From Candidatus Dojkabacteria bacterium (GTDB lineage Bacteria > Patescibacteriota > Dojkabacteria > SC72): DNA of 64,000 nt. A program made the position numbers and the translations under genes. Shown here one piece after another: positions 18,493 to 28,070 of the stretch. The DNA is taken from the NCBI GenBank assembly GCA_050950145.1, contig JBMNHB010000001.1, positions 140,266 through 204,265 on the forward strand. Reading direction: 5' to 3'. The number at the start of each line of letters is the position of its first letter. Within the stretch, counting starts at the first letter, position 1. The notes beneath the pieces were generated by a model that saw nothing but the letters and a program-made list of their open reading frames with translations, was not told where the DNA came from and did not search any database.

Positions 18493-19194
18493 ATGTTAGA
18501 TTTCTTTAGACAATTGTTTTCACCAAATAGTATAAGGACAACTTCTTTTTTTACTCTGTATCAAAACATTGTTCGCTGGAGAAATGCTAAGGTGTATCCA
18601 TATTCTTTCAATTTACCAGAAGCCATATCTATGCCAGAATCATTTTGGAAAGATGTAATTAAAATATATAGACTAACAGATGCAGACGGTAAGGAGAGAG
18701 CAATGTCTATTTGGTATGCAGATGGAGAGTTAATAGCAACACCTCCTACAAGAGGTGACGAGAAATCTGTTACAACAAGAGATTTTGTTTCTGTAAAGTA
18801 TTCTCCACACCCAACAAGGAAAGGATATTACAGAAAAGAGGTTTTTGTTAATCAAAAATCCGTAAAACGGGAAGATGTATTTCATGAAAAAGCACCAAAG
18901 AAAGTAGATATTAGCTACCTGTTTAATATGCATACTCATCCAAAGCATTCGATGGATGATGGTACAACTCTGTATAGTTTTTTTTCAGCTCAAGATATCA
19001 GAAGCTTAATATCTTCTCAGTCAATAATGGCAGGTCTTGTGACAGATAAGTTGTGGCTTTTAATGAGAACTTCTGAAACTTCTAATTCTGTCCCATTTAA
19101 TGATGGAGATATTCTAACTGTTGATATGCTCAAAAATGATATGAAATTAGGAGTATATTGTGCTGACTTTAACAGTAAAGTAATTAAGCAATAG
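18493..19194 (+). CDS. Hypothetical protein (233 aa)
   Basis: ORF between the methyltransferase and tgt. Contains MHTHPKHSMDD...SFFSAQD (see findings). Confidence 0.4.
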   Translation: MLDFFRQLFSPNSIRTTSFFTLYQNIVRWRNAKVYPYSFNLPEAISMPESFWKDVIKIYRLTDADGKERAMSIWYADGELIATPPTRGDEKSVTTRDFVSVKYSPHPTRKGYYRKEVFVNQKSVKREDVFHEKAPKKVDISYLFNMHTHPKHSMDDGTTLYSFFSAQDIRSLISSQSIMAGLVTDKLWLLMRTSETSNSVPFNDGDILTVDMLKNDMKLGVYCADFNSKVIKQ

Positions 19195-19206
19195 TTTTAA
19201 TGAATT

Positions 19207-20235
19207 ATGGAATTAAAAGATTTTGGTAAAAATTTTGTCTTTATGCCAGATGCAACAAGAGGTGCTGTGAGGTCTTTGACAACAGAGCAACTTAAAGAAA
19301 CAGGAACCGAAGCTATTGTTACAAACACACTACACTTGATGATGAATCCTGGAGAAGAGAATATTAAAAAACTTGGAGGAATTAAAAAATTCATGAATTG
19401 GGGTGGAATAGTATTAACAGATTCTGGAGGTTTTCAAGTATTTTCATTAATTCATTCTCAAAAATGGAAAGGTACAGTTCATGAAAACGGTGCTACTTTT
19501 AAATCACCAACAACAGGTGATTTGTATGAATTAACTCCTGAGAAATCCATAGACATGCAAATGGCTATTAATTCAGATGTTTTGGTTACGCTAGATGATT
19601 GTAGGCAGGCAATATTAGAAAGAGATGAAGCAGAAATGTCTGTTAGAAGGACAATTGACTGGGCAAAAAGGTGTAGGAAGCATTTTGATGAGGTGTATGG
19701 TGGAACAAAAGAGACAGGGAAATTGTTAAGCTGTGTTGTGCAAGGTGCAAATTATTTAGATTTGAGAAAAAAATGTGCAGAAGAGTTAAGTGAGATAGGT
19801 TTTGATGGATATAATTTCGGGGGTTTTGTTGTGACTGAAGGTGGTGAGTTGGTTTTAGAGGAGATGCGAGCAGTTGTTGAAAACACTTCGCAGGATAAGT
19901 TTAAATATGCAATGGGTGTAGGGAAGCCAGAAGATATCAGAATTGTAGCTGAATTAGGTTACAAGGTGTTTGATACTGTTTTGGTGACAAGGAATGCGAG
20001 ACATGGAACTTTGTATTCAGATGATATGGAAGATGGAATATTAAGAATCAAAAATGCTGAATATGCTTTGGATGAAAAACCAATTGATTCTGGTTGTGAT
20101 TGTTATACTTGCCAGCGTCACAGCAGAGCATATGTTCATCATCTGATAAGGGTTAATGAGATAACAGGTTTGGTTTTAGCAACAATCCATAATTTACGGT
20201 ATTACCAAAGAATAATCGAAGACTTAAACCGATAG
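19207..20235 (+). CDS. tgt: Queuine tRNA-ribosyltransferase
   Basis: LTDSGGFQVFSL active-site region and the zinc site CDCYTCQRHSRAYVHHL. Confidence 0.9.
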   Translation: MELKDFGKNFVFMPDATRGAVRSLTTEQLKETGTEAIVTNTLHLMMNPGEENIKKLGGIKKFMNWGGIVLTDSGGFQVFSLIHSQKWKGTVHENGATFKSPTTGDLYELTPEKSIDMQMAINSDVLVTLDDCRQAILERDEAEMSVRRTIDWAKRCRKHFDEVYGGTKETGKLLSCVVQGANYLDLRKKCAEELSEIGFDGYNFGGFVVTEGGELVLEEMRAVVENTSQDKFKYAMGVGKPEDIRIVAELGYKVFDTVLVTRNARHGTLYSDDMEDGILRIKNAEYALDEKPIDSGCDCYTCQRHSRAYVHHLIRVNEITGLVLATIHNLRYYQRIIEDLNR

Positions 20236-20240
20236 CACGT

Positions 20241-20768
20241 TAGGGTCTGTCCTAGATCTGTCCCTAGTATTTGCTCCATGGATAATCTTTTGGGTGTTTA
20301 ACTAACCCTTCTACAACTGGGTTCTTTCGTATATATGTTGTTGCTTGTTCTAAATCTTTTTTGTATCTTAAAATATTAGCATTATAACGGCCTTGAAATA
20401 CATGTCCGACTCTTTTGTATTTTTTATTTATCTGCATAGCATAGCTAATAGTTACACTTTGCATAAACTTTGAAATTATCCTAGGATTTTTTCCTGTTTT
20501 AATAATAAGGTGAAAATGATTATCCATAATGCAAAAAGCAATCAATCGAAGATCTGTTTTATAGATATTTTTATAGAGAAGATTGATAAAAAGTTGTTTG
20601 TCTTCTGCGTGTTTTAAGACAGCGTCTCTGTTGTTTCCACGGTTGTATATGTGATAGTAAGAATGAGGTTTGTATGTTCTTGATGTTCTTGGCATGTTTC
20701 AAGGATATCTCATATTTATTAAATCCAGATGAACGAAATAGTTAGGGACGGATCTGGGACAGATCTAG
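20241..20768. mobile_element. Small RAYT/IS200-like element: Y1 transposase gene flanked by REP-like imperfect inverted repeats
   Basis: Left end TAGGGTCTGTCCTAGATCTGTCCCTAG (20241-20267) and right end TAGGGACGGATCTGGGACAGATCTAG (20743-20768). They share a perfect 12-bp inverted core, TAGATCTGTCCC and GGGACAGATCTA. Confidence 0.55.
20264..20695 (-). CDS. tnpA: REP-associated tyrosine transposase (RAYT), IS200/IS605-family Y1 HUH transposase
   Basis: HuH motif DNHFHLII. GHVFQGRY and the C-terminus Y..NPVVEGLVKHPKDYPWS match the TnpA_REP/COG1943 pattern. 143 aa. Confidence 0.8.
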   Translation of the reverse strand: MPRTSRTYKPHSYYHIYNRGNNRDAVLKHAEDKQLFINLLYKNIYKTDLRLIAFCIMDNHFHLIIKTGKNPRIISKFMQSVTISYAMQINKKYKRVGHVFQGRYNANILRYKKDLEQATTYIRKNPVVEGLVKHPKDYPWSKY

Positions 20769-20997
20769 CAAGGTGGTATGTTGAGGTAGAGGTAAAAAAA
20801 TGGTATTATTACGTAATCCTTATGGTAAAAGGATTTTGGGAAAACAGATTTTTGATAAAAGTAAAACATTTTTGAAATTTTATGATTTTTGAAATTTTTG
20901 AAAATTCGTTGTTTTATACTGGAAGGCTTTTTGGGGTCTTTGTTTCCTAAAATCTACCTTTGAGGGGTATGATTAAATTTTTAAAATATGTACTTAT

Positions 20998-22530
20998 ATG
21001 AATATTGGTGTTATTTTACCTATAATGCTAGGGATAGTAATCCTCGCGGTTGTAGTAACTGTATTAGTTTTGAAATATGGTCTTAAGTGGGTGAATATTA
21101 AGGATATTCCAGTAGGTGAGCTTGAGAAAGCTGCAAAGAAAGTGATGGGAGATAAGATGAGCAAAGCTGAGCAAGAGATAGAAGAGATGAAAAATAGAGA
21201 GGAGAAAAGGATTAGGGAGATGAGAAAAGAGAGTACGGAACATGAAGAGATTTTAATTGAAAGAGAAAAGAAGCTGAATAAAAGGTCAAGAATTTTAGAT
21301 GAGAAGAGTGAAGATTTAAATGCCAGAGAGATAAAGTTAAAAAATGGTGTTGAGAGATTGGAGATAGATAGAACTGATCTTAAAAAGGAACTAGAAAAAA
21401 TTTCAGGATTGTCAAAAGAGGAAGCTAGAGAAAAATTAATTGCAGAAGTTGATCAAGACATGAAAGAGTATGAAGCTAAGAAAATTAGACAGGCGGAGAA
21501 GAATATAGAAATGGTTGCAGATGAGAAGGCGCAAAAGGTTTTGGTTGAAGCTATGCAACAAGTAGCTACAGATTATGTGGGAGAGACTACAACAAAGACA
21601 ATTAAAGTTGATGATGAGAAAGTAAAAGGTAGAGTAATTGGAAAAGAAGGTAGAAATATTAGAGCTTTTGAACAGTTAACAGGAGTAGATGTAATTGTAG
21701 ATGAGTCTCCAAATGCTATAGCTCTTTCTTCTTTTGATCCTTTAAGAAGAGAAATTGCATATGTTGCTATGACAAAATTAATCGCTGACGGAAGAATCCA
21801 TCCTGGATCGATAGAAGAGGCTGTTAGAAAAGCAAAGAATGAGATTTCTGTAGAGATTAAGAAGAATGGACAGGTACTTGCAGATGAAGCAGGTTGGCCT
21901 GATATGGATTTAGGGTTAATGAAGTTAGTAGGTAAGATGAAATACAGAAGTAGTTATGGGCAATCTTTAATGTCCCATACTATTGAGGTGATAAGACTAG
22001 CAGAAGTTTTGGCAAGTGAAATAGGTGCTGATGTAGATTTGGTGAAAAAAGCTGCCCTTTTACATGATGTTGGTAAGGTTTTAACTCACAAAGTAGATAG
22101 TCCACATCATCAGATCTCTGGGCAGATAGCTAGGAAATATATGTTAGATGAAAAATTAGTTAATGCAATTGAAGCTCATCACTTAGATATTGAAGCTCAA
22201 AGTCCAGAAGCCGTTATTATTTATCTAGCGGATGCTATTTCTGGTTCAAGACCTGGTGCTAGAAAAGATAGCTATGAGCAATATATTCAGAGAATAGAAG
22301 GAATTGAAACTGCAGCAAAGGAAATAGGTGGAGATAGAATTCAAGATGTGTTTGCAATTAAGGCTGGAAGAGAGATTCGAATTATTGTAAATCCAAAATT
22401 GGTTTCAGATGATGAGGCAGTTGTTATGGCAAGAGATATTGCAAAGGAGATAGAGTCAAAGCAAAGTTATCCAGGTAATGTAGAAGTGACAGTTATTAGG
22501 GAAACAAGAGCAACAGATGTAGCAAAATAG
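20998..22530 (+). CDS. rny: Ribonuclease Y
   Basis: N-terminal TM, coiled coil, KH domain (GRVIGKEGRNIRAFE) and HD domain (LLHDVGK). Confidence 0.9.
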   Translation: MNIGVILPIMLGIVILAVVVTVLVLKYGLKWVNIKDIPVGELEKAAKKVMGDKMSKAEQEIEEMKNREEKRIREMRKESTEHEEILIEREKKLNKRSRILDEKSEDLNAREIKLKNGVERLEIDRTDLKKELEKISGLSKEEAREKLIAEVDQDMKEYEAKKIRQAEKNIEMVADEKAQKVLVEAMQQVATDYVGETTTKTIKVDDEKVKGRVIGKEGRNIRAFEQLTGVDVIVDESPNAIALSSFDPLRREIAYVAMTKLIADGRIHPGSIEEAVRKAKNEISVEIKKNGQVLADEAGWPDMDLGLMKLVGKMKYRSSYGQSLMSHTIEVIRLAEVLASEIGADVDLVKKAALLHDVGKVLTHKVDSPHHQISGQIARKYMLDEKLVNAIEAHHLDIEAQSPEAVIIYLADAISGSRPGARKDSYEQYIQRIEGIETAAKEIGGDRIQDVFAIKAGREIRIIVNPKLVSDDEAVVMARDIAKEIESKQSYPGNVEVTVIRETRATDVAK

Positions 22531-22564
22531 GGTATAAAACGACTGTCTTCTAGTAGGATATGCT

Positions 22565-22605
22565 ATAGGGGAGAAGAAAATTATATAATCTCCCCTATTT
22601 TTAAT
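22565..22605 (+). terminator. Rho-independent terminator after rny
   Basis: Perfect 10-bp stem ATAGGGGAGA/TCTCCCCTAT with a 14-nt loop, followed by TTTTAAT. Confidence 0.6.
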
Positions 22606-22909
22606 GAAATCGCGATTTAACAAAATAATTTAAAGGTAAATTGATGTAAATAATACAAAAGTATTGATATAAAAGCACTTCACGGTGGTTCTTAATGAGT
22701 AAAAATTTTGCTTCTAATAAAAATAGAGAATAGGAACCTAAGAATTTACTTGTTAATAAACGGTTTCTTAAAGTCTACGTGTATGGTCCTATAGTTCTTT
22801 ATCACTTGACCAAACCTTCACAATTTCATATTTTAGAAGTGGATATACATAAATATCCTTTGCAAGGGCAATTTGTGTATATATCAAAAAAAGAAAGGAG
22901 GTTACAACA

Positions 22910-23179
22910 ATGTTAAAGAAAGATTTGATTGACAAAATTGCAGCAACAGGCCTCACAAAGAAACAGGCTGGTGCAGCATTAGAGGCAGTATTGGATGCAA
23001 TCTCTGATTCTCTTAAGAAAGGAGAGCCAGTACTCTTGACAGGTTTCGGTAAATTTGAAGTCAGAACAAGAGCAGCAAGAACAGGAATCAATCCTAAGAC
23101 TCTTGAAAAGATTAAACTTCCAGCAACAAAAGTTCCTGCATTTAAAGCAGGAAAAGCTCTAAGAGCTGTTGTCAAGTAA
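22910..23179 (+). CDS. hup: DNA-binding protein HU
   Basis: 89 aa; GFGKFEVRTRAARTGINPKT has the HU arm motif. A strong SD (AAAGGAGGT) sits 7 nt upstream. Confidence 0.9.
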   Translation: MLKKDLIDKIAATGLTKKQAGAALEAVLDAISDSLKKGEPVLLTGFGKFEVRTRAARTGINPKTLEKIKLPATKVPAFKAGKALRAVVK

Positions 23180-23280
23180 GACTGCCGGTATTTCTTTGTA
23201 GATAAAGAAATGGGAAAAGGATCCGTACGGGTCCTTTTCTGTTTACTATTGATTGAAAATGCTCTAAACTATATAAGCCC

Positions 23281-24690
23281 ATGTTAAAAGATTTTTTTGT
23301 TCCAACAAATAAGAATAAAAAGAAACCTTATCTATTAAGAAAAATCGCAATTGTTGTATATACAGTTCTTTTGCTTGTTGTAAACTATGCTGGTGGAATT
23401 TTAGGTATAGACCAAGCATACGCTAGTACCATAAGTCCTGCTAATGTAATTGCTTTAACTAATCAAGAAAGGCAAGCAGCAGGATTATCTGCTCTGTCTA
23501 ATAATGCACAATTAGCATCAGCGGCACTTGCCAAAGCCAATGATATGTTTGCTAAACAGTATTGGGATCACTTTGGCCCAAATGGAGAAACACCGTGGCA
23601 ATTTATCAAAGCAGCAGGATACAATTATGTATATGCAGGGGAAAATCTAGGAAAAGGTTTTAGAACAACGGAAGGTTTGGTTGAAGCATGGATGGCAAGT
23701 CCAACACATAGAGATAATATATTAAGCGCAAATTACAAAGATATAGGTGTTGCCGTTGTAGAAGGTGTACTCTTAGAAAAACAGACTATTTTAGTGGTAC
23801 AAATGTTTGGTAATTTAACAACATCAGTACAAGGGAGTGTAGCACCTGCACCGGCACCAACACCAAAAACAACTCCACCTCCAAAGGTAGTGACAGGAAC
23901 ACAGAAAGTTGTAACACCAAAAGAACAAGGTGAAATAAGAAGTATTAGAATAACTTCTCCAGGAATGGGAGAGACTATTACCGACCCATCAACCAATATC
24001 AAAGGAGAAACGACAAATACATCTGGAGAATATACTGTAGGAATATTGGAAAATAATGAACTAGTTGGTTCTACTACAACTTCTGGTAATAATTGGGAGT
24101 TTAGCAAGAATAGTGATTGGAGTGAAGGAGAACATAAAATCATTGCAAACATACAAGGGAGTGACGTTAAGTCAGAGGAAAGCTCTTTTATCGTAGATTC
24201 TAAACCACCACTTATTGTTAAAGAAAGTGTGAATGTTCATAGGTTAACTGATGAATATAAACTTTCTTTTGATATTGACGGAGATTGGTCAAAAGCAGAT
24301 GTGGTTGTTGGATCGGATATATTACCAATTACAGGATTCGGTGGTAAGGAATCTGTAAGTATAAATATTCCTAAAGATAAAGATACAACCATGGTAGAGA
24401 TTATCGTATCAGACAGTGTAGGAAATTCATCAACTCTGGATGTCTCAGAACATTTCAAGGAAGAAGAAAAAGCGACTCTTAAGATAATTCCAACAATGGG
24501 ATTGAGTGTTAAAGATGGTATCAATATTGGGTTGGTATTGTTTGTATTTATACTTCTCTTTGTACAGATAGTTTGGTATCTAAAGAGAGGTAAAATAAAA
24601 GAAGCTACAGGAGATATCTTTACAGTAGGTGTATGGTGGCTTGTTATAGCTGTAGCAATATTTAATGGATTCTCTGGAGTAATTACATAA
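23281..24690 (+). CDS. CAP (SCP/PR-1-like) domain surface protein with N- and C-terminal membrane anchors
   Basis: N-terminal TM, CAP domain region (NQERQAAGLSALSNNAQLASAA...HRDNILSANYKDIGVAV), a Pro/Thr linker, beta-rich domains and C-terminal TM helices. Confidence 0.65.
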   Translation: MLKDFFVPTNKNKKKPYLLRKIAIVVYTVLLLVVNYAGGILGIDQAYASTISPANVIALTNQERQAAGLSALSNNAQLASAALAKANDMFAKQYWDHFGPNGETPWQFIKAAGYNYVYAGENLGKGFRTTEGLVEAWMASPTHRDNILSANYKDIGVAVVEGVLLEKQTILVVQMFGNLTTSVQGSVAPAPAPTPKTTPPPKVVTGTQKVVTPKEQGEIRSIRITSPGMGETITDPSTNIKGETTNTSGEYTVGILENNELVGSTTTSGNNWEFSKNSDWSEGEHKIIANIQGSDVKSEESSFIVDSKPPLIVKESVNVHRLTDEYKLSFDIDGDWSKADVVVGSDILPITGFGGKESVSINIPKDKDTTMVEIIVSDSVGNSSTLDVSEHFKEEEKATLKIIPTMGLSVKDGINIGLVLFVFILLFVQIVWYLKRGKIKEATGDIFTVGVWWLVIAVAIFNGFSGVIT

Positions 24691-24706
24691 ACATGAGTAA
24701 CTGCCT

Positions 24707-25504
24707 ATGAGACAAGAGAGAATAGAAATTAAAAATGAATTACTTTATCTATTTCTAGTACTTCTTGTTACTGAAATCTTTAATGATTCTGTCCTTAGTG
24801 CTAAATTTTCTACAACAGTAATAATTGGCATTGTAGGAATAGTTCTTCTTTTAATATGGTTTACTAGAACATTCAACCTCTATTCTAAAAAGAAAGTTTC
24901 AAAGTACAGTAATGTCTTAATGAAAATATCTTTGCGACAAAGACTATTCTCTTACTTCATACTACCAACAATATTTTACTCTTCCCTTTTAGTTTTTCTC
25001 TTTTTTAATAGAAACGATCTGTTAGGTCATTTCGTAATAGCTATGTGTATGCTCCTCTTACTTATCCTTTTCTTGAATGTAAAAAGTTCTATGAATAAAC
25101 ACTATACATTACATATTGCAACTAAGGCAGTATTTGATTTTATGTGTATAACGACTCTTTATCTCCTATTAAATGCCTTCTTAAGGATAGGGTTTTCTAT
25201 GACAGAATATATGTTACTAGGATTTTTCTCTTCCTTAGTTTTGTATATATTTGTACTAAAGCTACATGACAGGCTTGGTTTAGTTGAAATACTTACAGCT
25301 TTTGCAAGTTCAATATTTGTATCAGTATCTATGATTCCTTTTTGGAATAGAAATATCTTCATAATTCCTGCAGTAGGTGCACTTACTTTTTACTTAATCA
25401 TTTCACTCTGGAATATTAGGTTTTCTGGTAAAGTTAAATTCACAGATTACCTAGCACCAGTTCTTTATGTCATATTTGCAATGGCTTTAATATTTACAAT
25501 GTAA
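24707..25504 (+). CDS. Polytopic membrane protein, hypothetical
   Basis: 265 aa with about 7 hydrophobic segments; no known motif. Confidence 0.4.
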   Translation: MRQERIEIKNELLYLFLVLLVTEIFNDSVLSAKFSTTVIIGIVGIVLLLIWFTRTFNLYSKKKVSKYSNVLMKISLRQRLFSYFILPTIFYSSLLVFLFFNRNDLLGHFVIAMCMLLLLILFLNVKSSMNKHYTLHIATKAVFDFMCITTLYLLLNAFLRIGFSMTEYMLLGFFSSLVLYIFVLKLHDRLGLVEILTAFASSIFVSVSMIPFWNRNIFIIPAVGALTFYLIISLWNIRFSGKVKFTDYLAPVLYVIFAMALIFTM

Positions 25505-25508
25505 AGAG

Positions 25509-26216
25509 ATGCACAACAGAGATATTGTGTTGAAAATAGGTGGGTCAATTCTGTATCAAGATAATCAAGATATTAATTTTGATTTGATGGGAAAGATTAA
25601 GAGTTGGTATGTAGGAAATAGGGAACAATATGTTAAAGTTGTAATGGTTACAGGAGGTGGTGCTATGTCAAGAAATCTTCAACAAAGAATGAAGGGGAAT
25701 ATTGCTAATGAAAAGGCTCTTCATACAATTGCAATGTCTGTTACTCAAACAAGTGCTGAGCTTCTAGCAGGGTTTTTAGGAGATCATAATATCTATATAC
25801 CTAAGAAGATAGGGGATGCATACCAATATATGCTAGAGGATGGCTCTAGGACCATTGTAAGTGGTGGTTTGAAAGTAGGCTGGAGTACAGATATGGATGC
25901 AGCTGTGTTTGCAGATATTCTTCATGAGAAAAGAATCTACAAGGTTTCAGATATTGATTACATATATGATAAAGATATTAAGATTTATCCTGATGCTAGA
26001 CCAATTAAAGATATGTCGTGGGAAGATTACTTCCAACTATTTTCTATTACAGATGATGATACTCATCAAGCGAACAGTAATATCCCGATAGATAAAGAAT
26101 GCGCAAGGTTTTGTAGAGTAAAAGGAATGTCGTTTTTTATCTGTGGTGGTAAAAATCTATATGAAAAAGAAAGCTTGGGAGATGTGTTTGCTGATGGCAC
26201 TTTAGTACATCCCTAA
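25509..26216 (+). CDS. pyrH: Uridylate kinase, archaeal type (amino acid kinase family)
   Basis: IVLKIGGSIL, VVMVTGGGAMSRN, VSGG...GWSTDMDAAVFADIL and C-terminal FICGGKN...GTLVHP mirror archaeal UMP kinase motif order. Confidence 0.7.
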   Translation: MHNRDIVLKIGGSILYQDNQDINFDLMGKIKSWYVGNREQYVKVVMVTGGGAMSRNLQQRMKGNIANEKALHTIAMSVTQTSAELLAGFLGDHNIYIPKKIGDAYQYMLEDGSRTIVSGGLKVGWSTDMDAAVFADILHEKRIYKVSDIDYIYDKDIKIYPDARPIKDMSWEDYFQLFSITDDDTHQANSNIPIDKECARFCRVKGMSFFICGGKNLYEKESLGDVFADGTLVHP

Positions 26217-26674
26217 TCAATTTTCGTTATCTTGTAACTATCTACTCCAACAGGTGTAGTTATCTCCACTTTATCTCCTACCTTTTTACCTACAACAGAT
26301 TTTCCAATAGGGGATAGGTGAGAGACTTTCCCTTCTAATGGATTTGCTTCATCTTCACTAACAATCTGATATTCAAGTGTCTTTTCTCCTTCTAATGTTA
26401 CTACATCTCCAATATCTACACTATTTTTTTTCGTTTCTTTTACTATCTTTGCATATTTTATTTTCTCCTTGATTTCTGCAATTCTCTGTTCATTTATATG
26501 TTGTTCTTCAACTGCCATCGTATATCCATCATTTTCACTTAAATCTCCTTGATTTCTCATTTCATTTAAAGTGTTTGCAATTTCCTTCCTTAAATGAGTT
26601 TCTCTTTCTTTCAATTCTTCTTTGAGTTTGTCTAAACCTTCTTTAGTTGTTAGATATTGATTATTTTCATCCAT
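26213..26674 (-). CDS. greA: Transcription elongation factor GreA
   Basis: Coiled-coil tip with GDLSENDGYTMAVEEQ (conserved D/E) and a C-terminal FKBP-like domain (IGDVVTLEGEK...VGVDSYKI). Confidence 0.9.
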   Translation of the reverse strand: MDENNQYLTTKEGLDKLKEELKERETHLRKEIANTLNEMRNQGDLSENDGYTMAVEEQHINEQRIAEIKEKIKYAKIVKETKKNSVDIGDVVTLEGEKTLEYQIVSEDEANPLEGKVSHLSPIGKSVVGKKVGDKVEITTPVGVDSYKITKID

Positions 26675-26781
26675 AATTTCATATTTTTATATAACCGGGT
26701 CTGATGATATACATTAGTATTTTGTATGTCAAGGGTAGCAAATAATGGGGTTAATATGATAAAATTAATACCTAATGAGAT

Positions 26782-26856
26782 GCCGCTATCGTCTAACGGT
26801 TAGGACATAGGATTCTCAATCCTACAATCGGGGTTCGATTCCCCGTAGCGGTACCA
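26782..26856 (+). tRNA. tRNA-Glu (anticodon CTC), CCA encoded
   Basis: Manual cloverleaf: acceptor GCCGCTA/TAGCGGT with a G1-U72 wobble, D-stem GTCT/GGAC, anticodon stem TAGGA/TCCTA with loop TTCTCAA (CTC), T-arm CGGGG-TTCGATT-CCCCG, discriminator A, then CCA. Confidence 0.8.
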
Positions 26857-26879
26857 GTTTAGTTTACTCAACTATATCC

Positions 26880-27986
26880 ATGAAGAATCTCTCTCTTCCC
26901 AATTATGATAATTGTATAACCAACTTAGCTTGCAGTATACAAAAATATTTCAACCTTAATCCAAAACACAAAACAATCCCTGTTCTTGATAAAGTTCTTA
27001 AAGAAACCAAACCTAAGAATGTAGTTGTTCTTCTCTTTGATGGAATGGGTACTAATTTGTTAAAAAGGAAATTAGAGAAGGAGGATTTTTTAATGCAACA
27101 TATGGTAGAAGAATTAACTTCTGTAGTTCCAGCCACAACAACAGCTGCTACTACATCCATGATGACTGGATTAAATCCAGTAGAACATGGTTGGCTTGGT
27201 TGGGATTTATACATTAAACCTGTTGATAAAGTAGTCACTATGTTTATGAATAAAGTTAAAGATACAGGAGAGATAGCAGCAGACTATGATGTTTCAAGAA
27301 CATACTATCCATACAAAACAATTATTCAACAGATAAATGAAGCAGGGGAGTATACAGCTAAAGATTTCTTCCCATTTGGTGAAGATCCATATACAGATAA
27401 TGATGATTTAACTAAGAAGATAGTAGAAGAATGTTCTAAAGAGGGAAAGAAATATCTCTATGCATATCTAATACATCCTGATTCTATGATGCATGATTTA
27501 GGTACAGAAGCTAAAGAAGTTAATGAATACTTTAAAGAAATTGGAGAAATAGTAAAAGGTATTGCAGATCAGTTAGAAGATACTTTAATAATTGTTACAG
27601 CAGATCATGGTCACTTAGAGTGTGAAAATATTCTTCTTACAGACTACCCAGATTTTTTTGAAACTCTTGCTAGGACAACATGGGTAGAGAGCAGATGTTG
27701 TGCATTTAAGGTCAAAGAAGGTAAAGAAAAAGAATTTGAGGATCTATTTGAGAAGTATTTTGGTAAAGACTTTGTTTTGAAGACAAAAGAAGAGGTAATT
27801 GAAAAGAAACTATTTGGTGATGGAGAGGAAAACAAGTTATTTAGAGATTCTTTAGGTGATTATTTAGCTTTAGCTGTTGCAAATAAAGACTTTAGATATG
27901 ATGAAAGAACTAGTGTTCTGAAATCTATTCATGCAGGATTTACAGAAGATGAGATGAATATACCCCTTATATTGATATCTAAGTAA
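26880..27986 (+). CDS. Alkaline phosphatase superfamily protein (type I phosphodiesterase / nucleotide pyrophosphatase-like)
   Basis: Metal-site motifs VVLLFDGMG and PATTTAATTSMMTGLNPVEHGW (TGLxPxxHG), plus a late DHGH. Confidence 0.6.
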   Translation: MKNLSLPNYDNCITNLACSIQKYFNLNPKHKTIPVLDKVLKETKPKNVVVLLFDGMGTNLLKRKLEKEDFLMQHMVEELTSVVPATTTAATTSMMTGLNPVEHGWLGWDLYIKPVDKVVTMFMNKVKDTGEIAADYDVSRTYYPYKTIIQQINEAGEYTAKDFFPFGEDPYTDNDDLTKKIVEECSKEGKKYLYAYLIHPDSMMHDLGTEAKEVNEYFKEIGEIVKGIADQLEDTLIIVTADHGHLECENILLTDYPDFFETLARTTWVESRCCAFKVKEGKEKEFEDLFEKYFGKDFVLKTKEEVIEKKLFGDGEENKLFRDSLGDYLALAVANKDFRYDERTSVLKSIHAGFTEDEMNIPLILISK

Positions 27987-28070
27987 AACAAACAATAATA
28001 ACTGTTTGCCCAAAACCCTCTTTTATGTTAACCTTAATAGGTTCTTACATTATTTTATCCTTAAATTAAT

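Noticed and set aside
22606-22909. sigma70 promoter for hup (TTGCAA ... TATATA around 22860-22890).
   Set aside because: The spacing between candidate -35 and -10 hexamers could not be resolved to 16-18 nt unambiguously. Only the strong SD (AAAGGAGGT) is confidently visible.
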